Source: a virus | DNA length: 64,000 nt | Reading direction: 5' to 3' (one strand) | Virus record (IMG/VR): IMGVR_UViG_3300020045_014031 | Location: 1 to 64,000 of that record | Shown: positions 28,747 through 38,923 of the stretch, one piece after another | Layout of the letters: every line of letters starts with the position of its first letter | Position numbering within the stretch: the first letter of the stretch is position 1 | Made by a program: the position numbers and the translations under genes | Notes under the pieces: model-generated | Database searches by the model: none | Told to the model about the DNA's origin: nothing | The model's input: the letters and a program-made list of their open reading frames with translations, nothing else

Positions 28747-31320
28747 ATGATATTAACAGCAAATCAAGAAGATAACATAACTGTTGAAACTTCTGGTATA
28801 AATTCCATAGTAGGTGGAATTGATGAAAGTAACATTTCTATCATTATGGAAATGGTAAGTAGTAGTTTTTATTCTAATAAAATAGGTTCTATTATTAGAG
28901 AAATAACTTCTAATTGTTTTGATTCTCATAAGAGAGCAAATGTAGATAATCCAGTAGTAATAAAAGTAGATTTTGATTATGAAAATGATATTTATTATAT
29001 TGAGTTTAAAGATGTAGGTACAGGATTATCACCTGATGCAATAAAGTATATTTATATGAGATGGTTTACTTCTGATAAAAGAAGTAGTAATGAAGAAATA
29101 GGTGGATTTGGAATTGGAAGTAAAAGTCCTTTTGCTTATACAGATATGTTTTATATTAATACAGTATCAGAAGGGATTAGATATGATTATATTCACTACA
29201 AAGATGAAAGAAATGCTAAAGGAGTTAGAGAATTTAAGTTAGATTTACTATTAGAAGAACCAACAAATCAAAGAAATGGAACATCAATAAGAATTGATAT
29301 TCAAAAAGAAGATTTACCTAAATTTTTAAGTGAGATAAATGAACAACTATCTTATTTTGATAATGTTTTTGTTCAGAAAGGTGAATCAGTTTATAGTCAT
29401 TATGAATACAATAACAAATACAACATTGATAATTTTAATCGAGAAAAAATATTTGAATATAAAACTTTTAAATATAGAGATAGAATACATGGTCATAATC
29501 ATCAAGATTCAGAGTTATTTATTTTAATTGATACTGTAAAATACCCTATTAATTTTAAAGAATTAGATATTAAAGTATTAACAATTCCTTTTGGTTTAAA
29601 ATTTAAAATAGGTGAATTATCGGTAACTCCAAATAGAGAAAACATTGAATACACACAAAAAAACAAAGATTTAATTATTTCAAGATACAATGAAATGATT
29701 GAGGAAATAGCTTTTTTAATTCAAAAGCAAAATAAGTTTGAATTTGATACTTTAAAAGAGTATAGAAAATCAATTTCTTCTGTTTATTTAACATTAGGTA
29801 ATGAACAAAGTAATTGCAAGTTACTTTTAGATAAAAATGTTGTATTTAATCATTTTGGTATAGAAGTTAAAAAAGTATTTAAACCTTTAGAAAACTTTAA
29901 GTACAATATTACAAACACAGTATTAGATATTTTTTATAAACCAGTAGGAGTGATAAAATATGATGGTTCTGTTGAAGAACATAACTATATGTGTATATCT
30001 AATGTAGAAGAAGGAAGAGAAGTATATATTATTAATTCAATGTCTGAGTTAAGTAAAGCTATAAATTACTCATTATCTTCTGGTACTCAAATATATATAA
30101 GAAAAAAATTAAATAAAGATGATGTTTTTAATTTTTATAGAAATTTTGGTTATGTATACAATAAAAAATATCCTTATGGGGAAAGAAGACTAAATGATAC
30201 AAGTAAAGTAATATCAACAGATAAGTTTTTATGGTGTAATTACTATGATTATAATTTTGATGATGTAAAAGTTAAAAAAATAGAATATGTAAATGGTAAA
30301 AAAATAAAGCATGAATTTACAGTAAGACGTAATCTTAGAATAGGTATATCAATAGATAAAGCTGTTAATAGTTTTACCTTGTTTAAATATTTTGATTCTT
30401 TATTAAATAAAATAAACTATTCAGATATTGTTTTAACTCAAGAAATGATTGATGATTATAAGGAATTTCTTAAAGATAAAAATAAAACATTAAAAAGAAG
30501 GAAAAACGGTAAGATTCTTGTTTATATTCAAGGTGTTAGAAAAGAAATAAATATTTTAGAATTAGAAAAAGCAAAATTTGTTTTTTATAAAATTAGAAAT
30601 GAAAAATGTTATTTTAAAAATAACATGAATGAATTAATTGATGTAAACTATTCTGATATTAATCAAGTTATATATGAAGAACATTCTTCTGTAAAAAAAA
30701 GTATTAGAAGTTACTTTAATAATTCAATTATACTTGAGATAAGTAAGTCTAATTTTAATCAAATAAGACACTTAAAAAACTTAGTTACTTTTGGTGAATT
30801 TTTTAATAATCATTTTGTAAAATCATTAATGATTAAAAAAGCTTTTTATAAAAGAGTATATCAAATAGATACAGTATATAGTAATGAAAATCCTATATAT
30901 AAATTATGTAGATTATCTAATTACTATAAAAAAATACATCATGAAATATATATTAATAGAATAGATATTTTTAGTAATTTAGAACCTAAGCTATATTCTT
31001 TTACAAAAGAAGATATTCAAAAAAATAGTTATTTTAACCATGTATTAAATTTAATAGAGCAAGTTAAACAATGGAATAAAGATTTAGGTATTTTACGTTA
31101 TGTTAGTTATAATGCTCCTTTAAGTATATTAAGAGAAATATTATCTTACAATTGTAAAAAAATTAACAAAATAGAATATTTAAAATACTTAGACTCTTAT
31201 TATGTTTATCCTAATCATATATTATTAAATATAATAGAAACAGGAAATCACTATAAAAATCTAAAAGAAGAAAAAGAATTAGAATTACAAAATAAAAACA
31301 AAAATTTAGTATATTTATAA
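28747..31320 (+). CDS. rIIA: rIIA-like protein with GHKL/HSP90-type ATPase domain
   Basis: YSNKIGSIIREITSNCFDSH, DVGTGLS, GGFGIGSKSPFAY, TPNRENI; start moved past the repeat hairpin. Confidence 0.85.
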   Translation: MILTANQEDNITVETSGINSIVGGIDESNISIIMEMVSSSFYSNKIGSIIREITSNCFDSHKRANVDNPVVIKVDFDYENDIYYIEFKDVGTGLSPDAIKYIYMRWFTSDKRSSNEEIGGFGIGSKSPFAYTDMFYINTVSEGIRYDYIHYKDERNAKGVREFKLDLLLEEPTNQRNGTSIRIDIQKEDLPKFLSEINEQLSYFDNVFVQKGESVYSHYEYNNKYNIDNFNREKIFEYKTFKYRDRIHGHNHQDSELFILIDTVKYPINFKELDIKVLTIPFGLKFKIGELSVTPNRENIEYTQKNKDLIISRYNEMIEEIAFLIQKQNKFEFDTLKEYRKSISSVYLTLGNEQSNCKLLLDKNVVFNHFGIEVKKVFKPLENFKYNITNTVLDIFYKPVGVIKYDGSVEEHNYMCISNVEEGREVYIINSMSELSKAINYSLSSGTQIYIRKKLNKDDVFNFYRNFGYVYNKKYPYGERRLNDTSKVISTDKFLWCNYYDYNFDDVKVKKIEYVNGKKIKHEFTVRRNLRIGISIDKAVNSFTLFKYFDSLLNKINYSDIVLTQEMIDDYKEFLKDKNKTLKRRKNGKILVYIQGVRKEINILELEKAKFVFYKIRNEKCYFKNNMNELIDVNYSDINQVIYEEHSSVKKSIRSYFNNSIILEISKSNFNQIRHLKNLVTFGEFFNNHFVKSLMIKKAFYKRVYQIDTVYSNENPIYKLCRLSNYYKKIHHEIYINRIDIFSNLEPKLYSFTKEDIQKNSYFNHVLNLIEQVKQWNKDLGILRYVSYNAPLSILREILSYNCKKINKIEYLKYLDSYYVYPNHILLNIIETGNHYKNLKEEKELELQNKNKNLVYL

Positions 31321-31339
31321 AACTTAAAATCCTAATACA

Positions 31340-31873
31340 ATGCAAGTAGAAAAAAAAGGACAGTACGGAAAAACGTATGTTGTAGTTATTGATGGAGTTA
31401 AATACTCTAAAAACTTTGAAAAAGAAGAAATGGTTAAAATTAAAGAAGAAATTGAAAAATTTGAAAAAACTCTTTCTTCTAAAGCATCTACTTCTAATAA
31501 AGAAAAAGCATTTATTAAACTTACTTCTTTATTTACACCTAAGAAAGATGCTGTTAAAGTTGAAAAAAAACAAGAAAAAAAGAAGCAAGAAATTGAAAAA
31601 GAAAACAAAGAAAAAGAAGTTAATATAATTAAGAATGAGCCTTCTAAAAAGAAAGAGAAGACAAATCTTATCAAAAAAGTAGTTAATAAAAAAGAAACTA
31701 AAGAAGAAGTTAAAGAAGAAATTGATGTTCTTAAAGAAATAAATAAAGAACAAGAAGAAGAAATTAAATCTTTAAGAGAACAGTTGTTAAATAATAAAAC
31801 AGCAAATAAAGTAGTTGAAAATAACAGTACAAAACCTGTTATTGAAAGTAAAAGAAGGGGTAACGAATACTAA
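31340..31873 (+). CDS. K/E-rich coiled-coil protein
   Basis: low-complexity charged composition. Confidence 0.75.
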   Translation: MQVEKKGQYGKTYVVVIDGVKYSKNFEKEEMVKIKEEIEKFEKTLSSKASTSNKEKAFIKLTSLFTPKKDAVKVEKKQEKKKQEIEKENKEKEVNIIKNEPSKKKEKTNLIKKVVNKKETKEEVKEEIDVLKEINKEQEEEIKSLREQLLNNKTANKVVENNSTKPVIESKRRGNEY

Positions 31874-31878
31874 TCTAA

Positions 31879-32691
31879 ATGGAAGAAAGTTTAATACAAG
31901 AAGTAAGGGAGATATTACAAGTATCTCCTTTACTTTTATTTGATAAAGTTAAAAAAGATAAAAAAATCTTAAATATTGCTAATTCCTTTCTTCCATATAG
32001 TGTAGGTACTGAAATAGAAGCTTCATATATAATTGATAAAAATCCTACTTTAATAGGTAAATACTTGTTAGATAAAAGAATTGAATCATATTATAATGAA
32101 GTTTCTTTTAGAATACCTAACGGATATAAAGGATTATTAGCCTTAGAATTATTTTCAACAGAACTAAAAGATTATTTAACTCAAAGTAATTCTGGAAATC
32201 ACTATCATATTGATTTAAGTGATAATTATGGTGAATTAAGTTCTAAAATAAAATTAGAATCTGATTATATACTTACAGAATTAGATACTTGGAATTACAA
32301 AGGAGAATACAATAAAAGAATAATTGGTGATGGAAAATCTAAATGGGTAGGTTTACGTCATTGTTTTAAAACAGTAGAAATAAGAATAGGTGAATTAGCT
32401 ATTGATTATGTTACTTTGTTTAAAAGAATAAATCATTGTTCTGATATAATAACTAATGTAAGAGAAAAATATAATTTACAAAGAGAGTTATCTTTTGATA
32501 ATAATTTTAGTAAAGAAGATATATTAGAAACATTAGATAAAATAGATATTAATTATGAAGATTATCACAATAAATATATTAAGGATTCACTCTTGTTTAA
32601 AAAAGAAGAAAAGAAAAAAGATTTGTTTGTAAATCAAAATTCAAAATCAGGTGTTGATTTTGTAAAAAATAAAAAAATAATTTGTTATTAA
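31879..32691 (+). CDS. putative amidoligase (COOH-NH2 ligase type 2-like)
   Basis: GTEIE, EVSFR, SGNHYHID, TVEIRI motifs. Confidence 0.6.
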   Translation: MEESLIQEVREILQVSPLLLFDKVKKDKKILNIANSFLPYSVGTEIEASYIIDKNPTLIGKYLLDKRIESYYNEVSFRIPNGYKGLLALELFSTELKDYLTQSNSGNHYHIDLSDNYGELSSKIKLESDYILTELDTWNYKGEYNKRIIGDGKSKWVGLRHCFKTVEIRIGELAIDYVTLFKRINHCSDIITNVREKYNLQRELSFDNNFSKEDILETLDKIDINYEDYHNKYIKDSLLFKKEEKKKDLFVNQNSKSGVDFVKNKKIICY

Positions 32692-32692
32692 A

Positions 32693-33085
32693 ATGGAAAA
32701 CAAAGAAGTATTACCTAATAAAACACCAAGGTATTTTATTAGTAAGTTAATTAATAGTCAATTACAAGCTAAAATATTTCACTGGCAAGTAACACCAAAC
32801 GCTTTAGCTATGCACTTAGCTTTAGATAGTTATTATAATAAAATACAATCCTTAGTTGATACATTAGTAGAATCTTTACAAAGTGAAATTACAATAACTG
32901 AATATACTTCATTACCTTTTAAAGACTATACTAAAAAAGAACAGTTATGTGAGTATTTTAAAGATTTATTAAAATATATAGAAACAAATAGAAAAATTAT
33001 TTTTTCTGATTCTTCTATTTTAAATATTATTGATGAAATTAAAACATTAATTAGAACAACTATTTATAAATTAGAAAATCTATAA
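32693..33085 (+). CDS. ferritin/Dps-like four-helix protein
   Basis: FHWQV, HLALDSYY, DTLVESLQ, NIIDEI...YKL. Confidence 0.8.
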   Translation: MENKEVLPNKTPRYFISKLINSQLQAKIFHWQVTPNALAMHLALDSYYNKIQSLVDTLVESLQSEITITEYTSLPFKDYTKKEQLCEYFKDLLKYIETNRKIIFSDSSILNIIDEIKTLIRTTIYKLENL

Positions 33086-33246
33086 TGGTAAAAGTAATAA
33101 ATAAAACACAACTATATAATGAATTTGAAGAATTATTAGAACATAATTCTAAAGAAGATTTATTAAAATATTTATTTGATTATTTTAATAAACAAGATTT
33201 AGTTGATTTAATAGAACATATTAAAGAAGAAAAAGAAAATGAATAA
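33085..33246 (+). CDS. small hypothetical protein (53 aa, below ORF-track cutoff)
   Basis: MVKVINKTQLYNEFEELL... fills gap with TAATG overlap. Confidence 0.6.
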   Translation: MVKVINKTQLYNEFEELLEHNSKEDLLKYLFDYFNKQDLVDLIEHIKEEKENE

Positions 33247-33514
33247 TTGGCAGACAATAGATAAATTAAAAGAAACTGATATTGATATTCTTTTATTTTC
33301 AGAAGAATGGGTTAATGAGGATTTTAATCCTAATGGTATTAGAATAGGTTACAGACAATGCAATAATGATTTTTGTAGTGCAAGAATTGATGAAGACGGA
33401 GAATACTGGAACATGAGTGCAGAAGAAGAAGGTATTTTTCCTACTCATTTTCACGAATTAAAATTTAATGTACCAAAAGATAAAATGCAATTAAATATAT
33501 TTAAAAATGAATAA
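33239..33514 (+). CDS. hypothetical protein (DUF551-like)
   Basis: W..I...PTHF pattern; DFNPNGIRIG. Confidence 0.6.
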   Translation: MNNWQTIDKLKETDIDILLFSEEWVNEDFNPNGIRIGYRQCNNDFCSARIDEDGEYWNMSAEEEGIFPTHFHELKFNVPKDKMQLNIFKNE

Positions 33515-34604
33515 TATAAAAGCAACAATAGTAGCAGATTCTATTAATAATAAAGGAGATAGAATAACAAGTATGTTAGTAACTTTTCCAAGATTTATTT
33601 TAGCTGAATTAAATACTCATAGGTTATTTAGTAGAAACTCAGCAAGTAGTAGAGCTATTCCATTTGAAAAAATGGTACAATCAATAAAAGAAAATCCTTT
33701 TATTCCTATTGCATGGCAAAAAGAACATAAAGGTATGCAAGGTACTGAATATATAACAGAAACTAAAGGAATAGAATACTGTAAGAATTTATGGTTAAAA
33801 GCAAGAGATAGAGCAATAAATAGTGCTAAAGATTTAAACGATAAAAATGCTTATCCTAAAGGAGATTTTGACCCTTCTTTTAACGTAGGAGTAACTAAAC
33901 AACTTTGTAATAGATTATTAGAACCTTTTATGTATCATACTGTATTAATTACAGCAACAGAATGGAGTAATTTTTTTGAGCTTAGATGTCCTCAATATAG
34001 TATTACTTCTCAAGTATATAAAAGTTGGAAAGAACTGTCTAACAGTATTGCTGATTTAGAAGTAACTAAATCAATGGTAGATTCTGCTAATACTATTACA
34101 AAAATTAAACTTAATAAAGGTCAGTCAGAAATTCACATGATGGATTTAGCTGAAAAAATGTATGATGCTATTAATGAAAGTACACCTAAGTTATTAAAAG
34201 AAGGTGAATACCATATTCCGTTTGGAGATAATATTGATACAATACAGTTACAAAATTTGTATAAAAAATATAAAGCAAGTGGATATAATCCAGATAACCC
34301 AACCCCTGATGAGTATTATTATGAAGGATTAGATGATTTAAAAATTAAAATAGCTATTGCAAGATGTGCAAGAACATCTTATACTATATTTGGAGAAGAA
34401 AAATCTGACAATTATGAAGCTGATTTAAAATTATTTGATAGATTAAAAGAATCAGGACACGCATCTCCTATGGAACACATAGCTCAAGTTATGACAATTG
34501 AAGAATATGAAAATAATTACATTATAGAAAATGGTATAAAAACAAAAGGAATTAGTAGAAATTTTAAAGGGTTTAAACAATATCGACAAATTATAAATTT
34601 ATGA
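33507..34604 (+). CDS. thyX: FAD-dependent thymidylate synthase
   Basis: AELNTHRLFSRNSASSRAIP, KQLCNRLLEPF, HASPMEH. Confidence 0.92.
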   Translation: MNNIKATIVADSINNKGDRITSMLVTFPRFILAELNTHRLFSRNSASSRAIPFEKMVQSIKENPFIPIAWQKEHKGMQGTEYITETKGIEYCKNLWLKARDRAINSAKDLNDKNAYPKGDFDPSFNVGVTKQLCNRLLEPFMYHTVLITATEWSNFFELRCPQYSITSQVYKSWKELSNSIADLEVTKSMVDSANTITKIKLNKGQSEIHMMDLAEKMYDAINESTPKLLKEGEYHIPFGDNIDTIQLQNLYKKYKASGYNPDNPTPDEYYYEGLDDLKIKIAIARCARTSYTIFGEEKSDNYEADLKLFDRLKESGHASPMEHIAQVMTIEEYENNYIIENGIKTKGISRNFKGFKQYRQIINL

Positions 34605-35092
34605 AAGAGTTTAAATGTAATATTACAAATATAGTTTTATTAGTATCTCAAGAAGGTAAAGTATTTAAAGAAGGGAAAGAAATAAGAATTAATAGTAGTG
34701 GTCATTACCCTACTATTGAATTAAAAAATAGTAATGTAAGACGTAACTATATGTTACATAGAATTTTAGCTGAATTATACATTGAAAATACTTTAAACAA
34801 ACCTTTTGTAAACCACATAGACGGTAATAAATTTAATTATAGTTTAAATAACTTAGAGTGGTGTACACATTCAGAAAATATGATTCATGCTGTAAAAACA
34901 GGGTTACAAACTAACTGTCTTAAAAAAGGAGAAGAACATAACACTTCTAAACATAGTTTCGCTAAAGTTAATCAAATAAGAGAAGATTATAAAACTAAAC
35001 AGTATTCAATGAGACAATTAGCTAAAAAATACAATACTTCTTCTGGTTATATAAGTGACGTAGTAAATAATAAAATAAGAAATTTAAACTAA
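34601..35092 (+). CDS. free-standing HNH homing endonuclease with C-terminal HTH
   Basis: HRILAELYI, VNHIDGNKFN..LNNLEW. Confidence 0.88.
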   Translation: MKEFKCNITNIVLLVSQEGKVFKEGKEIRINSSGHYPTIELKNSNVRRNYMLHRILAELYIENTLNKPFVNHIDGNKFNYSLNNLEWCTHSENMIHAVKTGLQTNCLKKGEEHNTSKHSFAKVNQIREDYKTKQYSMRQLAKKYNTSSGYISDVVNNKIRNLN

Positions 35093-35098
35093 AGTAAT

Positions 35099-35335
35099 AT
35101 GGCAAATTTTGTAGTAGGTTACTTATCTTTTTTTGATAATAACTTAAAATTAATTAAAGTTGAGGAAGAATCTGAATATGAAGCAATTAAGAAAGCTATG
35201 ATTTCAGTTTGTGAAGAAGAATATAAACCAGAAGAAATTAAATGGCAAAATTCAGATGATTACCCTAAAAATAAAGAAAGTCTTATTGATTTACTTTATA
35301 ATATTGATGTAGCTATAAACATAATTGAAATTTAA
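35099..35335 (+). CDS. hypothetical protein
   Basis: 78-aa ORF. Confidence 0.7.
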   Translation: MANFVVGYLSFFDNNLKLIKVEEESEYEAIKKAMISVCEEEYKPEEIKWQNSDDYPKNKESLIDLLYNIDVAINIIEI

Positions 35336-35336
35336 A

Positions 35337-35837
35337 ATGCTAAAAAAAGTAAATAAATTCTTATATCTATTTAAAAGAGATAAGAATTTACAAGAATTAA
35401 CAGATAAACTTTTAATTAAAAAATTAGAAGAACAATTAAATCATAAAGAAGAAGTTATTTTAAAACTTCAAAATAAAATTAAGTTTTACACAGAAATAAC
35501 TAAAGCAGATAAAAGTTTTCAAGAATCGGTTAATTACTTTAAGAAAAATAATAATGAAAAAAAACTATTATTATATAGTTCTCTTGAAAGTATAACAAGT
35601 AAAATAAAACAAACTAAAGAAGGTATTTTATTAAATGAATATAAAAGAGAAAAAGGTATAATTCTTTCTAAAATTAAAACGTGTAATATATTAGATACAT
35701 TAATGAAAGAAAAATTTGTTTTATCGTGTGTATCATCAAAAATTACAGAGTTAAATAATAAAGAATTACTTAGTGAAATAGAAAAAGCACGTTCTTTTTA
35801 TAATAATTTAGAAAATTACTTTATAACTAAAAATTAA
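35337..35837 (+). CDS. hypothetical coiled-coil protein
   Basis: ATG at 35337. Confidence 0.7.
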   Translation: MLKKVNKFLYLFKRDKNLQELTDKLLIKKLEEQLNHKEEVILKLQNKIKFYTEITKADKSFQESVNYFKKNNNEKKLLLYSSLESITSKIKQTKEGILLNEYKREKGIILSKIKTCNILDTLMKEKFVLSCVSSKITELNNKELLSEIEKARSFYNNLENYFITKN

Positions 35838-35839
35838 TT

Positions 35840-36793
35840 ATGTTTTTAAGTAGAAGATATTATAAAACAATAAGTAAAACTAAAGATGAAGAAATAGAAA
35901 TAATATCATCTGAACTTAATGATATTTATGAAAATTATCACGAAGTTTTATTTATTAACTTACTAACAAAAGAATTTATGTTAGTAAGTAATTTTGATTT
36001 ACCTTATCTTGAAAAAGATACTGATAAAATAGAAAGATTTAATGAGTATACAGGTAAGTATACTAATAAAACAATTACATTTAAACCTAATAAAAATCAA
36101 GATTATATTACTGATATACAATTAAAAATTTTAAGTAAAATTCATTTTAGTTGGTACAACAATATGATTGATTATATAAGTTCTAATAAGTTTATTAATG
36201 TACTAAAAGAATTAGGTGCTGAAAGAAAAAAATATCCTGTATTTCCAGAAGTAGATAAACAATTTGTAGCTTATCAAAAATCTATATCAAGTATTAAAGT
36301 AATCTTTATTGGTTTAGACCCTTATACTACTGGTGAAGCAACTGGTATTGCTTTTGCTACTGATAGAAAAGTTAAACCTGTTTCATTGCAAAAAATAGAA
36401 GAAGGAATTAAAGATGATTTATTTAATTATGATGAAACAAGAAACTTACAAAATAATTTATTACCTTTGATAGAACAAGGAGTGTTATTTATGAATTGTG
36501 CTTTGACAGTTCCAAAAGGAAAAGTCGGAGGTCATATTGAATTATGGAAAGATTTTACTACTTCAATTTTAAAATCTTTAGATGCTCAAAAATCACCTTT
36601 ATTATTTGTTTTCTTAGGTAAAAAAGCTCAGGAATTTTCAAAACATATTACAAACCCAAAACATAATTGCTTTCTTTTAGAGCATCCTGCTAAAGCTTCT
36701 TACGAGGATAGAAAATGGAATCATCTTAATATTTTTTCACTAATTAATACACAATTAAAATATAATAAAAGAAAGGAAATAGAATGGATTTAA
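35840..36793 (+). CDS. ung: family-1 uracil-DNA glycosylase with N-terminal extension
   Basis: IKVIFIGLDPY, ATGIAF, QGVLFMNCALTV, H..LW..FT, LGKKAQ, EHPA. Confidence 0.9.
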   Translation: MFLSRRYYKTISKTKDEEIEIISSELNDIYENYHEVLFINLLTKEFMLVSNFDLPYLEKDTDKIERFNEYTGKYTNKTITFKPNKNQDYITDIQLKILSKIHFSWYNNMIDYISSNKFINVLKELGAERKKYPVFPEVDKQFVAYQKSISSIKVIFIGLDPYTTGEATGIAFATDRKVKPVSLQKIEEGIKDDLFNYDETRNLQNNLLPLIEQGVLFMNCALTVPKGKVGGHIELWKDFTTSILKSLDAQKSPLLFVFLGKKAQEFSKHITNPKHNCFLLEHPAKASYEDRKWNHLNIFSLINTQLKYNKRKEIEWI

Positions 36794-37095
36794 AAACTAA
36801 AATTTTAATTAGTGTTTCAATATCTTTTTTAACTATTGCTATTATATTTATTTTTAGTATAATAAACAATAAAAAAGAAAAACAAAAACTACAAGATGAA
36901 ATAGTAAAATTAAATAATCTTTTAAAGGTAAAAAATACTAAAGATAGTACTATTACTAAAGTAGAAAATGAAAAAGAAAGTAAAATATATCTTATTAAAT
37001 ATCTTACAAAACAAATTACTAAAGATAGTATTATTTTTATCAATAGTAATGATGAGTTCAAAGAACATATTTTCTCAGAAAATACAAATAATTAA
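36784..37095 (+). CDS. membrane-anchored coiled-coil protein (i-spanin-like topology)
   Basis: N-terminal TM then coiled coil. Confidence 0.55.
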   Translation: MDLKTKILISVSISFLTIAIIFIFSIINNKKEKQKLQDEIVKLNNLLKVKNTKDSTITKVENEKESKIYLIKYLTKQITKDSIIFINSNDEFKEHIFSENTNN

Positions 37096-37429
37096 GATAA
37101 TAGAACCTGATAGTTCATTTTTTAAGTTTAAGTTAAATGATAGTTTATATTACGGTATTAATAGAGTAAGATTTTTTAATGCTACTTATAAACTGTCTAA
37201 GTATAATTATTTAATCACAGTAAACAAAGAACAAAATGAAGTAATTAAAAAAGATTCTTTTTTATTATCTAATAAAGATGAAATAATTAAGTTTCAAAAC
37301 TATACTATTGATTCAATAAGTAAAGAAAATTTTAAATTAGTAATTACAGAAAAAACAAAAAAGAAAACAAATACAAAAATTATTGTATTAGAAACATTAA
37401 TAATTGTTTTACTTACATTGTTAAAATAA
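36968..37429 (+). CDS. exported protein with C-terminal TM, overlapping upstream gene
   Basis: hydrophobic KIVLFLSIVMM..IFS-Q signal-like segment, C-terminal IIVLETLIIVLLTLL. Confidence 0.55.
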   Translation: MKKKVKYILLNILQNKLLKIVLFLSIVMMSSKNIFSQKIQIIKIIEPDSSFFKFKLNDSLYYGINRVRFFNATYKLSKYNYLITVNKEQNEVIKKDSFLLSNKDEIIKFQNYTIDSISKENFKLVITEKTKKKTNTKIIVLETLIIVLLTLLK

Positions 37430-37435
37430 ATTAAA

Positions 37436-37933
37436 ATGAAGTTAAATTATGGTGATTATACATTAAACAAAATAGCCAAATCGCTTAGGTTTAATGTTTC
37501 TAAAAAGAAAATTAGAAAATCAAGACAAGGAGAAATGTATGAAGGAAGTATACCTATTGCTTCTGCTTTAAACTTAGATGATGCAATTCAAAGAATTGTT
37601 TATGATATACTTGAAGATAATAAAGATATAACTGAATTTAAAGATTTTTTATTAAATCTTGAATTAGAAAGTAAAAAAATAAGTAATTATCTTGATAATT
37701 TAGTAAATAATATTTACAATCATAAAAAATTAACATCTTATCTTTTTAAATCAGAAGATGAAGCAATTATATGGAAAGCATCATTAGGTAAAAATATAAT
37801 AAAAGCCTGTACAATATCTTATGAAGGTAATGTAAATGACATTCCAGAGAATTACCAAGAAGTAAATAAAATTTTCTTACAAAAAGAAGATGTTACAAAA
37901 GTAAATTATGTATTAATTTTAAAATTAAAATAA
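37436..37933 (+). CDS. hypothetical protein
   Basis: 165-aa ORF. Confidence 0.7.
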   Translation: MKLNYGDYTLNKIAKSLRFNVSKKKIRKSRQGEMYEGSIPIASALNLDDAIQRIVYDILEDNKDITEFKDFLLNLELESKKISNYLDNLVNNIYNHKKLTSYLFKSEDEAIIWKASLGKNIIKACTISYEGNVNDIPENYQEVNKIFLQKEDVTKVNYVLILKLK

Positions 37934-37934
37934 A

Positions 37935-38426
37935 ATGTCAAAACTATCAGGAATTGAAAAAGTAAAAGAGTTTATGGAAATGTCTAAGCAGACAATTAAT
38001 GATAAACCTTGTTTAGTAAGTAGAGAATTAGCTGAACTTAGATTTAAGCTAATAAAAGAAGAAAACAGTGAGCTTTTACAAGCTATTGAAGAAGAAGATT
38101 TAACAGAGGTATTAGATGCTTTAGTAGATTTACAATATGTTTTGTATGGTGCTGTTCTTACATTTGGTATGCAACATATTTGGAAACAAGCTTTTGAAGA
38201 AGTTCATGTTAATAACATGACAAAAGGTTGTAAATCAGAAGAAGAAGCTGATGCAACAATTGAATTTTATTCTAAACAAGGAATATCTGTTTTTGCTGAA
38301 AAAGTAGGTGATTTATATGTTGTTTATCGTACAAGCGATAAGAAAGTAATGAAATCAATAGATTATATAAAAGTTTCTCTTTCAAAATTTATTCCAGATG
38401 TCACTTCTAATAAGAATACAAGATAA
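37935..38426 (+). CDS. MazG-like/PRA-PH family NTP pyrophosphohydrolase
   Basis: LIKEENSEL, EVLDALVDLQYV, EVHVNNMTK. Confidence 0.85.
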   Translation: MSKLSGIEKVKEFMEMSKQTINDKPCLVSRELAELRFKLIKEENSELLQAIEEEDLTEVLDALVDLQYVLYGAVLTFGMQHIWKQAFEEVHVNNMTKGCKSEEEADATIEFYSKQGISVFAEKVGDLYVVYRTSDKKVMKSIDYIKVSLSKFIPDVTSNKNTR

Positions 38427-38814
38427 AATAAATAAAACAAGACCTGAATATAATAAAGAATATTATGAAGAAAAAATGATAGAATTAGGAATTGTTATTA
38501 TAGATTTTGTAAGATTAAACTCTGATAATAAAGAGTTAGTAGAAGAAACTTATAAAAAAGTATTTATAATAATGATTGAATTATGTAATAAGCAGTTATA
38601 TTTTCAAAATAAAAATCCTAAATTAAGTTTAGAAGTTTTAATTTATGAAAAAGATTCTGAAATATTATTACATCCTAAAATTATACTTTATAATTTCTTA
38701 GGTCAAGTTATAAAATGTCACGCATCAAAGTATGATGTGTTTACTTTAATAAAAATAGGAGAAAAACTAAAGATTAATATTAAAGATTTAATGATTGAAA
38801 TAGTTAATTCTTAG
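38398..38814 (+). CDS. hypothetical protein
   Basis: last plus-strand ORF. Confidence 0.7.
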   Translation: MSLLIRIQDKINKTRPEYNKEYYEEKMIELGIVIIDFVRLNSDNKELVEETYKKVFIIMIELCNKQLYFQNKNPKLSLEVLIYEKDSEILLHPKIILYNFLGQVIKCHASKYDVFTLIKIGEKLKINIKDLMIEIVNS

Positions 38815-38816
38815 TT

Positions 38817-38875
38817 AAATGAGCCTTCTAAAATAATAAGTGAGAATATCTACTTATTTTTTAGAAGGCTCATTT
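38817..38875. repeat. long hairpin formed by two inverted copies of the dispersed motif at the convergence point
   Basis: AAATGAGCCTTCTAAAA.AATAAGT ... ACTTATTTTTTAGAAGGCTCATTT. Confidence 0.9.
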
Positions 38876-38880
38876 GTATA

Positions 38881-38923
38881 AAAATAAACCCTATGTAACT
38901 AATACATAGGGTTTATTTTTTTT
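38881..38923. terminator. bidirectional intrinsic terminator between convergent gene blocks
   Basis: 17-bp perfect stem AAAATAAACCCTATGTA/TACATAGGGTTTATTTT. Confidence 0.85.

Noticed and set aside
29339-31628. Alternate-frame plus ORFs 29339-29527 and 31389-31628
   Set aside because: Nested out of frame in rIIA and the K/E-rich gene; low-complexity artefacts
34601-35092. HNH gene as part of a third intron
   Set aside because: No P/Q/R/S elements or non-coding flanks; thyX is complete upstream
251-36324. Minus-strand ORFs within the plus-strand block (e.g. 251-595, 4370, 9473, 10124, 23559, 24357, 26443, 31324, 31529)
   Set aside because: Shadow frames antisense to well-supported genes; F/L/S/I-rich mirror of K/E-rich sense strand
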